DNA of 64,000 nucleotides from the human T2T-CHM13v2.0 reference genome, Homo sapiens: the NCBI RefSeq assembly GCF_009914755.1, contig NC_060930.1; one strand, given 5' to 3'. The notes under the pieces were generated by a model. The model was given only the letters and a program-made list of their open reading frames with translations. It made no database searches and was not told the DNA's origin. Below, piece after piece: positions 31,626 through 45,964 of this stretch. The position numbers and the translations under genes were made by a program. The number at the start of each line of letters is the position of its first letter. Positions within the stretch are counted from its first letter, which is position 1.

Positions 31626-33964
31626 ATGTCCCATTTACTTAACATTTTACAAACATTACCCTATGTTGTTACTTAGTTTGGAAGTAGTTTCATAGATGAT
31701 TTTAAATAGTAATAATTTCAGAGTAACATAAAGCTGGAAAATTGGCAAAGCATGTCAAGCTGTGTGCAGTAATTTAGGATGGATCCTTACACTTCTCTAA
31801 AAAGTATTCATTTTTAAAAGGTTGCTTTGATCACCAGTCTTGAAAGTTTTGAGAGTCTTTATTGGTACATAATGAGAATTTTTAAGCTTAGAAAACCAAT
31901 TTTGTGTTAAAACTTCTTTATTTATTGGGTAGACTTGTATCAGAATTATAATTACCTGTATAATTGAAAAATCCTATAATTTAAGGTGTAAATATTTAAG
32001 CTTTCTAGTTAGAGTCACCAACAAAATATATAGGAATATTTAATTTCTTCTTTGACACGTGAAATATTCTGGCAAGCTTTCAGACTAGTAGAACAGTTTC
32101 CAGAGATTGAATAAAATTGTTTATCACTAATTTACTGGTCATCTAGATTACCACATTGGTTTTCTGGGAACTTCATCATTCAGGGGCTAATCATCCATTT
32201 TCTGAATTTTCTAAATTACTGTCAAAGCGTCTCCTATCTACTGTATCACCTTTCTTGCTACCAAGCTTTTACTTACAGCGCATATTCCGTTTAGTAGAGT
32301 AAGATGGAATAGCAAGAGTATGTAACATTGACCCTAGGTCAGTGGTCTGTGGTTCTTGGGTGGGAGAGATAAAGGAGGTTTAACAATTGAGAATTTCAAA
32401 GTCATCAGTGGCAGAGCACGCGCTCTAATAGCATGAATAATTTAATCATAACTAAGGTAGGACTGATGAAAATTTTAAACGTGCAATTCATAAAAATGTG
32501 CTTGCTTTTTAAAAATTGTTTTCCATAAATAAGTTGGAATCTATCCTCTGTACCTTGTAAGTTGCTAGCTGCTATTCTAAACAATAGTCCCTTTATGAGG
32601 TGAGAGGTTTTTGTTCTGTGGATATTCTCAAAGGGCAATATGACGAAATTCTGAAATAAAGGGACAGATTTTCTTTAAAAAGAAACAAACTACTTGGCCT
32701 GCTTGGAAAGGAATAAATAACTATAGCCTACAGTTTTTGCTTTTCTGGAATGCCAAATTTCAGCTCAGAGCAGATTCTTCAGCTGAGCAATAAACCTTTG
32801 AAAATTGCTTTATAATGGAAATGCTGACAGACCATTAACTATAGTGGTGCAAATGTGCTGCTCTGACATACATAAGGTTGTCCCAAGTTGCTAAATAGAA
32901 TAAACCATGTTGGGCAGTGTACATCCTGTGGAAGCCTATGTGGGTGTATACAGTTTGTCATGTTATGCCACCTGATTATTAATGGGCGAAGTTCCATCAT
33001 ATCACCTTTGACATGCAGCAGAAGTACCGTTTTAGAAGGAAGGAGTGGTTTAGGCTCTGCTGATGCTGATAGCTCATTTTATATTTGCTATACTGGAAAA
33101 GGCCCAGGGTAAATTTAACATGATGCATTTAATCACCATTCCAATCACAGTGCCACTGAAGCAAATCAATGTTTTCTTACTACCAATTCATTGGAACTTC
33201 CAGGTCATAAAGTATCATTATTAGGCATATTGGAAAGTCTCAGCCCAATGAAAATGTGGATTCTGGGATTTTCCAGTTGCTTTGAAATAGTGACAGAGGC
33301 TGCCTGGCTGTACATTTTCCCCATGTATAATGAAAACTGGAATTTAAAGGGATTGATACGACAAAGCAAGAATTATATAATGACCTAGGGAAGGATGAAG
33401 CAGAATGTTCACTTCTAAAAGCAAAATAAGGAAAATGATGAAGAGGGGTGATTATTTCCATAGTAGCCTGCTTAGTGACTCATGTCCCTGCTAATAATAA
33501 GTATTGTGAGAATGTGTCTTATTCTTGGCTATATTCACAGCGCCTAGAACAGTGCCTGGCACATAATGTGGATGTCAGTCAATGTTGGATTTACTTGTGC
33601 TTGTTTATTTAAAAACTATTTGGGGTTAGATTGTCAGGAACCCTGCTACATGTTGTGTAAGGCTTCTAGTGTGTACGTGTGTGTATTTCATATAATACAT
33701 TTATGTGTATGAGCAGTTGGAATTGATCACTAAAATATTTCTTAAAGGTAATATAAGTACAATTTGGTATGTTGAGTATCATGAATGAATCAATGCAAAG
33801 ATTCAAGTATCTTTGGGTAGAATCATGTCCTTTGAAATGTCAGTGTACAGTAAAAAGGTCTGACATCATAACTAGATTATAAATCCTATACTCTTGTACT
33901 CCAAAGTCAGTATAGTTGGACTGGCTTGTATGTCCTGTTTGACAAAATATAAATTTTACTTTCC

Positions 33965-34105
33965 TGTGGCAATTCCCAAACTGGGCTGACCACTTGGACT
34001 TTTAAGAAAATGTAAGCACTCTTGGGCATTGACCCAACGATTTTCATTCACTAGATCCTGGGGTGGGGCCTAGGAATCTGTGTTTTTTAATAATTTCCTT
34101 TCTGT
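33965..34105. mobile_element. MER5-like hAT fragment
   Basis: CTGGGGTGGGGCCTAGGAATCTGTGTTTTTTAA motif. Confidence 0.6.
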
Positions 34106-34769
34106 AGGTGTTTACATATAGTCAGTTTCTCTGCTACCCACCTTTCATGATATACTTTGAAATTTGGTGACAATCACCTTGGACCTTTTGGGTTCTCTGG
34201 AAATGGTAACCAGTAAGGTAATTAATAATTAATATCTTATACTGGTAGAGGGAAAGAAATGCTAACATGTGTCATACTAAAGATCTTTTAGGACTAGTGC
34301 TGACTTTCTGTTCATATATTTCACTGGAAAGCTATTGTCAGGACATTTTGCGGAAGGTGTTTTTTAAAATGTGGCATATTCATAGAGTTGTATTGCTGGA
34401 AGTTACCTTAGAAATCATTTAGCTTATTCCCTTTTATATTTGAGTTAATCTTAAAAATGTTAGGGTTAGGGTGTACCACTTATTAGTTAAGTTGCCTCAT
34501 TTCTCTTAGCCATGGTTTCTTAAGCATAAGATGGGAATGATAATACCTACCTACCTTATAGTTTTTTTTAAGGATTTAACTGAAATTCAAAAAAAGTTGC
34601 TAGCATACATCTTGTTTGTAGCAGTGTAGCAAGTGTTCAGTAAATGTTTAATATTTTGACATACCTATAATATGATCTATGGTATACATAAAAGCCAAAA
34701 GAGGTAGAAAAAGTTATAGTAATTAAGTTCAAGTTAAAAATGTTGTACACCCACAGGCAGAGTTTTATT

Positions 34770-35635
34770 TTTAAATTATGGTATAATACTTACACAATAC
34801 ACCATTTTAAACCATTTTAACCATTTTTAAGTAAATCATTCAGTGGTGTTTAGTACAGTCAGTGTTATGCAGTCATCACTGTCTAGTTTGAGAACATTCT
34901 TATTACCCCAAAAGGAAACCTGTACCCATTGAGGAGCCACTTCCTATTCTTTTCTCTGTATCCGCTTGCAGCCACTAATCTATTTTTTGTCTTTATGGAT
35001 TTGTTTATTCAGTCTCTTTCATATGAGTGAAATAATAAAAAATGACTTTTCACTGTATAATGTTTTCAGGGCTTATCCGTGTTGTTGTGTGTATCTTACT
35101 GCATAACTTCCATTTTTTTTAAATGACCGAATAACATTCCATTGTATGGATATAACAGCCTTGTTTATCCAGTAATCAGTTGATAGACATTTAGGTCCCT
35201 TCCACCTTTTGGCTGTGTGAGTGGAGCTGCCACGAACATGCATGTATAAGTTTTTGTTTGAACACCTATTTTCACTTTTTGGGTATACACGTGGGTGTGG
35301 AATTGCTAGGTCTTGTGGTAATTCTATGTTTAACTTACTGAGGAAGTCCAAACTGTTTTCCACAGTGGCTGCACCATTTTACACTCCATTAGCAATGTAT
35401 GAGGGTTCCAGTTTCTCCACATACTGGCCAACACTTACTTTCTGTTTTTTTTTTTTTTAATTAAATTTTATAGCCACCCTAGTGTATCTTATTGTGGTTT
35501 TGATTTGCATTTTGCTGATGGCTAATGACAGGCATCTTTACCTGTGATTTTTGACCATTCGTATATCTTCTTTGAAGAAATGGCTGTTCAAGTGCTTTGC
35601 CCACTGTTTAATTGGGTTGTCTTTTTGTTGTTGAA
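34770..35635 (-). mobile_element. L1MB-type 3' end
   Basis: CATTCAGTGGTGTTTAGTACA...ACCCCAAAAGGAAACCTGTACCCATT...GGAATTGCTAGGTC. Confidence 0.8.
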
Positions 35636-37170
35636 AGCAGTCTTTTGATTATGAAATTAATTTATGTATTCTTCTCTAGGGAGCTTATTTGGAAATATAT
35701 ACTTGGTAATATAAAAATTTATTTCGGAATATAAAATAAAGGACTGGACTTCATTACTTTTTAAGTAAACTTTTATTGGATGCTTCCTTTTAATGTATTT
35801 TTTTTTGTAGAAATGAAATTGTTTTAATTTTATAGCTTAGCCTGATGCCTGATTCCATGCTTGCACTGACTCTCTGTCTGCACTAACAAATTATCAGATT
35901 TATTCCTTTCCAAAATATCATTGATTTTTTTTCAGATCATAGAATATTCCTCTCCCAACTTTTTTGTTGACAGCTTTACTGAGGTGTAATTTACATGCCA
36001 TAAAATACACCCATTCTAACTGTACGTAGTTCAGTGATTTTTAGTCAACTTAACAGCATTGTACCACAGTTAACACAATGCAATATTATAGCATTTCTAT
36101 CATTCTGAAAAGTTTTCCTCAGACCTTTTGGAAGTCATTTTCTGTTCGCGCCCCTTGGTGAACACTGATGCTTTCTGTTACTCTTGATTTGCCTTTTCTG
36201 AGTATTTCACATAAATGGAATCATAATGTATAGTCTTTTGTGACTAGCTTCTCTCACTGAACGTGTTTTTGTGGTTCATCTGTGTTGTCGCATGTATCTG
36301 TAGTTCTATTTTTTATTACTGAGTAGTATTTCATTCTGTGGATAATACCACATTGTGTTTATTCATTCACTAGTTGATGGGGATTTGGATCATTTCTAGT
36401 TTTTGACTATTATGCATAATGAACATTCAAGTACAAGTCTTTGTGAGGACATCCTCTTTCAACTTTTTATTTTGAAAAATTTAAACCCCACAGAAAGATT
36501 GAAGTAAGTAGTATAGCAAACACCTATTTACTCTTCACCTAGATTGACTATTAACATTTGCCTGCTGTTCTTTGCCTTTTTCTATAAATATACCTTTTCC
36601 AGAACCATTTGTAGATATTATACTTTATCTCTTATGTATTTCAGCATGAATTTCCTAAGAATGAGAACATTCACATACATAACCACGATTTTATCACACT
36701 TAAGAAAATTAGCAGTAATCTCATGTCAGCTACTTTATAGTCCATATTGAAACTTGTCCCAAAAATGTCTTCTGTAGTTCCCACCCCGCCGTTTCTAATG
36801 TAACATCCCCAAATGATTTATGAATCGCAGTTGGTTTGATATTTCTCTTAGTCTGTCTTAATCTAGAATGGTTCCCCTTCTTTTTGTTTGTCCTGTCAGT
36901 GAGGTTTGGAAGAATACAAGCCTTCCACATTTTAGATCTGTCTCATTGTTTTTAATGATTTGTTTTAGGTTAAACATTTTGACAAGGATTCTTAATTTTA
37001 AGGTGAAGTTGTGTACATTTTAGCACACCAGTGATAAAGTGAAAAAGTGAGTTATAGCACAGATCTAAAAATACCTTAAATGCTTTATTTTAATGTAAAA
37101 CGTAAATGTACATTGCCATTAGTGTGAACATAATGTCAAGTTCTCCCCTTGTGTAGAAAAGTTTGATCAC

Positions 37171-37503
37171 ATGTGCCATGCTGGTGCGCTGCACCCACTA
37201 ACGTGTCATCTAGCATTAGGTATATACTAACCTGCACAATGTGCACATGTACCCTAAAACTTAAAGTATAATTAAAAAAAAAAATTAAAAAAAAAAAAAA
37301 AAAGAAAAAAAAGAAAATAATTAGGGAGCTTCCTGATAGCTTAACACATGGAGGTTCCTGGAGAGTGGCCCACTCAGGAAGGCTTGGAAGCTCCCAGCAC
37401 CTTCCCCACTACCTTGCCCTACACATCTCTTCATCTGTATCCTTTGCAATATCCTTTATAATAAACAAGTAAACTTAATTTTCAAAGAAAAAAAAAAAAA
37501 AAA
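37171..37503 (+). mobile_element. L1HS pre-Ta-type insertion with 5' inversion and 3' transduction, 16-bp TSD
   Basis: TSD AGAAAAGTTTGATCAC at 37155-37170 and 37504-37519; inverted L1 3' UTR 37171-37225 (ACG on minus strand at 37202-37204); sense L1 end 37226-37272; A-rich tail; non-L1 segment ~37318-37483; second poly(A). Confidence 0.92.
37321..37480 (+). mobile_element. MER21-like LTR fragment carried as L1 3' transduction
   Basis: GAGCTTCC...AACACATGGAGG...GGAAGCTCC...CATCTCTTCATCTGTATCCTTTGCAATATCCTTTATAATAAACAAGTAAAC resembles the recalled MER21 LTR region around its AATAAA. Confidence 0.7.
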
Positions 37504-37904
37504 AGAAAAGTTTGATCACTTGCTTAGAGGTACTGAATGCCAGATTCTAAAGGAATGACTTTCTCTTTGTATTAAGTAATTTGTAGGATGAAACTTTGAA
37601 ACCGTATGGGATCTTGTTTGTCAGTAACCTTTTACCTGATTGTTTCAGGGTCCTTGAAATAATTATTACATTGGGAGAATGCTTTAAAAAATAATTTCAT
37701 AAGTTGTGTATTAGTTGAAGACATTTGACATTGTCTCCTTAGGTTTCTGTACTTGGGTAAATATACCCCAGATGTCTCATTGACTTGTTACATTGTATTT
37801 TATGCTTAACTCTTTCAGAGAGAAATTTACTTATGAATTTGTTATGGTAGTAAGTGTGGAGATGGATTTTGTTTTAGAAGTTGCTTTTGATTTTACATTG
37901 ATAA

Positions 37905-38324
<420 letters not shown>

Positions 38325-38864
38325 TAGGTTTATTTCTGAATGTTAAGAATTTTGTTCAGAATTCTTTTTTTTTTTTTTTTTTTGATGTTTTGCTAAAGCT
38401 TTTGGTGGAGTTTCCTGTTTTGTCCTCTGCATTTCTGAAATTGCTTATACTATAGTTGTGCTGATTAATCATGGGTAGAATCTCAAAATGTTACATTCAA
38501 GCCTGTAAATACTTCCATTTCTTTTCCTGGGAAAAGAGAATACAGCATGTCAATAATATCAGTAATTAATGTGAAGCTCTTTGCTCTATCATTGATTTGT
38601 GACTGGCTTACACCAGAACATGGGAAATGTACATCAGAAGTCTCTTATTCAAATTGATAAAACTGATAGGTAAGTAAAAAAATGTGTTAAAGCATGGAAT
38701 CTTAAAAAGCAACTTGAATGTTTAGTTTAATTTAAAACATAAATTTACATGATTTGCGTTTTTAAATGTAGGTCTAAGGCTTGTTCTTTGCATGTCATCA
38801 ACTGATTTGAGAGCCATACACTTGTTTCTGCATAAGCCACACAAATAATACATAGTCTGTGATA

Positions 38865-39105
38865 ATTTAGCATAGTAGAATGTGGCCTCTGAGACCAGGC
38901 CTCCTGGGCTGCAACCCTTATTCTCTTTTCTTACTAGCATATGAACCAAGGCAAGTTACTTGACAGTTCCTTGCCTCAGTTTCCCCATTTGTAAAATGCA
39001 GATAATACCAGTGAGTCAGTAATTGTCAAACACATACTAGTTTAAAATGATTAACTCATTTAATCCTGTTGGTAACTGGCATGTAAGTGCCTAAGTAATT
39101 GTTAA
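38865..39105. mobile_element. MIR
   Basis: GGCAAGTTACTT...GCCTCAGTTTCCCCATTTGTAAAATG core. Confidence 0.7.
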
Positions 39106-39224
39106 TTAAGTAATGTCCAGTTTTGGTTTCATTAAGTGACATGAGAGTCTAAATACATTTGTGAAGCAATCTGAAGGTACTCTTTCTAGATTTAAAAAAA
39201 ATATTTTAATTAAGACTTTTTAAA

Positions 39225-40280
39225 TCTTGCAAATATAAATTGTGTATGTTTATGGTGTACAGCTTGGTGTTTTGATATATGTATACATTGTAATGGCTAA
39301 ATCAAGCTAATTAACACCTCACACACCTATCATTTTTGGGGGGTGGGAACATTTAAAATCTCTTAGCAATTTTCAAGTATACAATAAATTGTTACTAAGT
39401 ATAATCACCATACAATTGATTTATTCCTCCTAACTGAAATTTTATGTCCTTTGATGAACATATCCCCAACCCCCCATTCTACTCTCTGCTTCTGTGAGTT
39501 GGACTCTTTTACATTCTGCACATAAATGAGATCATGTGGTATTTGTCATTCGGTGTCTGGCTTATTTCACTTAACATGATGTCCTCCAGGTTCATCCAGG
39601 TTTTTACAAATGAAAGAATTTCCTTCTCTTTTAAGGCTTAATAGTATTCCGTTGTGTTTATATGTCACATTTTATCCATGCATCCATTAATGGGCACTTA
39701 GGTTGATTTCATGTCTTGGCTATTGTGAATAATGCTGCAGTTGAACATGGGAGTGTAGATATCTCTTCAGCATCCTGATTCCATTCCTTTGGATATATAC
39801 GCAGAAGTGGAATTGCTGGCTCAATTCCACTGGTAGTTCTATTTTTAATTTTAATATACTGTTTTCCATATTGGATGTACTAATTCCAATGAGTAGTATA
39901 CAAGGGTTCCCTTTTTCCCCCACGTCCTTGCCAACACTTGTTGTTATCTCTTGTCTTTTTGGATCATGGCCATCTAACAGGAGTGAGGTGATAACTATTC
40001 CACTGCAGTTTTAATTTGCATTTCTCTGGTGATTATTAATGTTGAATACTTTTTTGTGTACCTGTTAGCTATTTGTATGTCGTCTTTTGGGAAATGTCTA
40101 TTCAGATCATTTGACCATTTAAAAAATTGGGTTATCTGTTTTCTTGCTATTGAGTTGAGCTCCTTGTATATTTTAGATGTTAAAGAAGTATGGTCATCAG
40201 AAGTACGGTTTGCACATATTTCCTTTCATTCTGCAGGTTGTGTCTTTACTCTGTTGACTGTTTCCTTTTCTTTGTATAAT
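39225..40280 (-). mobile_element. L1MA-type 3' end
   Basis: GTGTATGTTTATGGTGTACA...GGCTAAATCAAGCTAATTAAC...AAATGAGATCATGTGG...TCCTTGCCAACACTTG. Confidence 0.8.
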
Positions 40281-40772
40281 CTTTCCAGATTTATGATTTT
40301 TATCCATCCCAGTCTTTAAGTTGTCCTGACCATGCTTGGCAGTATGTCTTTTGATCTGTTCAAAGCAGTCAACATAGATTTTATAGAAATAATGCATCCT
40401 TTTTGCACTTACTGGTTTGGGTTGTAACTGATTATATTATCTACAGTAACAGAACAGGCATAATTATAAGGCAGATTTGGAAACAGAAACCACTGATTCT
40501 TGTTAGACATTCAGTTCAACAGGTGGGAGTGGAGATGAGCTTGTATATTGAAAAATAGCTTTGCTGCCTGAGATGGCATCTGGCAAGCTGTGGTTATGTC
40601 ATCCTATTTTATGGGGGGCCTCACTAGCATAGGTTACTACAGTCAGTTGAGTAGAGTGTTGCCAAGAAAACTTAATGCTGCTTTCTTTGAAGATGAGTAT
40701 GATGCAGATTCACCATCTTAGGGTGCCTAATGTAGGTTGGTTGCTATGGATCTGTCTTCTGCCAGTCTTTTA

Positions 40773-40774
<2 letters not shown>

Positions 40775-40808
<34 letters not shown>
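40775..40808 (+). repeat. (TG)n microsatellite
   Basis: Directly visible, about 17 units. Confidence 0.95.
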
Positions 40809-40809
<1 letters not shown>

Positions 40810-41306
40810 TGGTGTAGGTAGCATATGTTTGTGAGAGGTGGCAAGTTTTGTGGCTAAGAAGATAGACTGACCTAGGACTATCAAGATCCTCTGAGAACAA
40901 TTACCTGTGGCTCATCACCAGTCCCCAGCACTGAGGAGGGGGACCATGCACTCTGAGTTGAATTCTGTCAGTCGGATCCTGATCCCAGTGCTTTTTAATA
41001 CTTCCGCCAGAGTCTTAGATGGTAGCACACAGAGTATGCTCATTAAGATTGTGAAATGGCATCAAATTGAATAGGTGGCTCAATAGAAAACTTGATTAAA
41101 TTTCAGAATACCTGATGGTTCAGGAAAGTTGGCGAATATACATATGGCATTTAGCTGGATCAGGGCAAGATAATTTTCTTAAGGAAAGTAAATAGTTGTT
41201 GAAATTTGGTATGGGAGTAGAGTTTTTGTACTACACATGATAGTACAAAGTATCCCAAAGTGCTGAGAAAAACCAGTTAAATAAGGGTCATTGATAATGC
41301 TTTTGT

Positions 41307-41343
41307 AGTTGGTCCAAGTGTTGTGGGTTATTGTTAAGCTGAT
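41307..41343 (+). pseudogene. Y5 RNA (RNY5) 5' fragment, tailless retropseudogene
   Basis: AGTTGGTCCAAGTGTTGTGGGTTATTGTTAAGCTGAT matches recalled hY5 nt 1-37 with 2 mismatches; imperfect 15-bp direct repeats at 41292-41306 and 41340-41354. Confidence 0.85.
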
Positions 41344-42179
41344 AATGCCTTTGCATTCAAAATCATTGATAAGAAGTCATATAATTGGAATGGTGCTTAT
41401 GGAAATTACAGGGCTTCACTGTACTTAGTATTTCACAGTGTAAGCATATGATAGGGATATCAGAAAGAAATGTTCTGAGTGAGAAAACTGTTTGAAAAAC
41501 TAGTAAATAGTCCTGTAGATGAATGTTGTAGTAGATACTTAGTTTAGAAATATTAGGAAATTTAGTAATTCTCTTAATAAATTACACAGGTATACCTTAC
41601 AGATAATGCAGTTTTTGTTCCTGACCACCACAGTATAGCACAAGTTACACAAATTTTTTGGTTTCCGAGTACATATAAAAGTTATGTTTATACCATACTG
41701 CAGTCTGTTAAATGTATAATAGCATTATGTCTAAAAAATGTACATACTTTAATTAAGATATATTTTTGCTTAAAAATCTGCTAACAATCATCCAAACCTT
41801 CAGTGAAGCACAACTTTTTGCTGGTGGAGGATTTTCCCTTGATCAAGGTGGTGGTTGCTGAAGGCTGGGTGGGGGCTCTGGCAGTTTCCTAAAATAAGAC
41901 AACAATGAAGTTTGCTGCATCAATTGCCTCTTTTTTATGAAATATTTCTCTATAGAATGTAATGCTGTTTGATAGCATTTTACCCACAGTAGAACTTCTT
42001 TCAGAATTGGAATCAATCCTCTCGAACCCTGCTGCTGCTTTATCAGCTGAGTTTATGTAATATTCTAAATCCTTTGTTATTTCAACAGTGTTTACAACAT
42101 CTTCAGGAGTAGATTTAACTCAAGAAACCATTTTCATTCATTACTCATTCATTTCAATTTTATTATGACATTGCAGTGA

Positions 42180-42776
<597 letters not shown>

Positions 42777-43081
42777 TGAAATGTATTTCTTAATAAGACT
42801 TGAAAGCTGAAATGATTCCTTGATCCATGGGCTACAGAATGAATGTTGTGTTTGCAGGCATGAAAACAGCATTCATTTCCTTGAACATCTCCATCAGAAC
42901 TCTTGGGTGACCAGGTGTGTTGTCAGTGAGCAGCAGTATTTTGAAAGGAATTTTTTTTTCTGAGCAGTAGTTCTTAACAGTGGGCTTAAAATATTCAGTA
43001 AACCATCCTGTAAACAGATGTGCTATCTTCCAGACCCTGTTGTTTCGTCCCTGGAGCATAGGCAGAGTAGATTTAGCATAG

Positions 43082-43370
43082 TTGTTTTGTTTTGTTTTTT
43101 GAGACAGGGTCTCATTCTGTCACCCAGGCTGGGGTGCTGGAGCGCAGTGGTGCAACCTCTGCCTCCTGTGTTCAAGCGATTTTCCTGTCTCAGCCACCTG
43201 AGTAGTGGGGATTACAGGTGTACACCACCACACCTGGCTGATTTTTGTATTTTTAGTAGAGATGGGGTTTTGCCATGTTGGCCAGGCTGGTCTTGAAATC
43301 CTGGCCTCAAGTGATCAGCCTGCCTTGGCCTCCCAAAGTGCTGGGATCACTGGGATCACAGGTGTGACCC
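43082..43370 (-). mobile_element. AluS/J in Tigger1
   Basis: Antisense dimer. Confidence 0.85.
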
Positions 43371-43376
43371 ATAATT

Positions 43377-43536
43377 ATTTTCTTTCTTTCTTTCTTTCTT
43401 TTTTTTTCTTTTTTTTTTAGTGGAGACGGGGTTTCGCTGTGTTAGCCAGGATGGTCTTGATCTCCTGACCTCGTGATCTGCCTGCCTCGGCCTCCCAAAG
43501 TGCTGGGATTACAGGTGTGAGCTACCGTGCCTGGCC
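43377..43536 (-). mobile_element. AluY/Sc-type left arm only, with own tail and TSD
   Basis: GTTAGCCAGGATGGTCTTGATCTCCTGACCTCGTGATC; TSD AGGTGTGACCCATAATT at 43360-43376 and 43537-43553. Confidence 0.85.
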
Positions 43537-44370
43537 AGGTGTGACCCATAATTCTTAAGGGCCCTAGGATTTTTGGAATAGTAGCTGATCACTGGCTTCA
43601 ACTTAAAGTCACCAGCTGCCTTAGCCTTTAACAAGAGAATCAGTTGGTTCTTTGAAACGTTGAAGCCCAGCATTGACTTATCCTTTCTAACTACGAAGTC
43701 CTCTGTAGTATCATTTTCTAGTATAAGACTGTTTCATTGGCATTGAGAATCTGTTGTTTAGTGTAGCTACCTTCATTTTAGCTAGATCTTTTGGATAACT
43801 TGTTCCAGCTTGTACAACAGCACTTGCTGCTTCACCTTGCATTTTTGTTATGGAGATGGCTTCTTTTTTTTAAACCTCATGAACCAACCTCTGCTATCTT
43901 CACACTTCTCTTATGCAGCTTCCTCACTTCTCTCAGCCTTTATAGAATTGAAGAGAGTTAGGCTCTTGTTCTGGATTAGGATTTGGTTTAAGGGAATATT
44001 ATGGCTGGTTTGATCTTCTGTCTTGATACTAAAACTTTCTGCATATTCGTATGTTCACTGGAGTAGGATTTTAAATTTCCCTTCAGAACTTTTTCTTTGC
44101 ATTCACAACCTGGCTAACTGGCATAAGAGGCCTAGCTTTAGGCCTATCTTGGCTTTCAACATGCCTTTCTCACTAAGCTTAATCATTTCTAGTTTTTGAT
44201 TTGAAGTAAGAGACATGTGACTCTTTTCAGTTGAACACTTAGAGGGCATTGTAGCATTATTGACCTAATTTTAATAGTGTCCCAAGAAAATGGGAGACAG
44301 ATGGAGGAATGGCCAGTTGGCAGAGTGATCAGAACACACATAACATTTATTGATGAAGTTTGCTACCTTG

Positions 44371-44480
44371 GGCTTATCCATTGCACTCTGGATGTGCTGA
44401 CCCCTGCAATTTTCCACAAATGTGAGAAACTTGACTGCATAATTTATGGTAGTGGGAGGCTGCGTTTGCACTCTCCCCTG
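44371..44480 (+). pseudogene. RNU1-87P: U1 snRNA pseudogene, 5'-truncated retrocopy
   Basis: GGCTTATCCATTGCACTCTGGATGTGCTGACCCCTG...ACTGCATAATTTATGGTAGTGGG...CTCTCCCCTG matches the 3' two-thirds of U1; it lacks the ACTTACCTG 5' end. U1 identity is firm; the symbol is from memory of a U1 pseudogene in this intron and is unverified. Confidence 0.88.
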
Positions 44481-44497
44481 ATGCTATGTGTTTTTAA

Positions 44498-44803
<306 letters not shown>

Positions 44804-45113
44804 TGCTGTGTTTTTTTTAACTTAAAAAAAAAAAAAAAAGTTTGCTGGCTTGTATGGGCATAGTTTATGGTGTCCCAAAACAATGACAATAGACATTAAA
44901 GACACTGATCACAGATCACCATTGTAGATATAATAATAATGAAAATGTTTGAAATATTGCAAACCTTATCAAAATGTGAAACAGATATGAAGTAAGCACG
45001 TGCTGTTGAAACAAAGACTTGCTCAATGCAGGGTTTCCATAAACCCTCAACTTGTAAAAAGTACAGTACCTCCAAAGTGTGGTTAACTGTAGTGCTATAA
45101 AACCAGGTATGCC

Positions 45114-45964
<851 letters not shown>

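Larger units (their letters stand above)
35960..37640 (-). mobile_element. Old L1 (L1MB/MC-type) 3' fragments hosting the young L1 insertion
   Basis: CAGCTTTACTGAGGTGTAATTTACAT...TCACATAAATGGAATCATA; ...TTTGATCACTTG... continues across the 37155-37519 insertion. Confidence 0.65.

Noticed and set aside
42832-43059. ORF resembling TIGD1/Tigger transposase
   Set aside because: Fossil Tigger1: in-frame stop before PMDQG, and the element is broken by Alus, so it is not a domesticated gene.
44371-44480. Functional U1 snRNA gene
   Set aside because: Missing the first ~55 nt including the splice-site-pairing end; no PSE; has TSD and poly(A).
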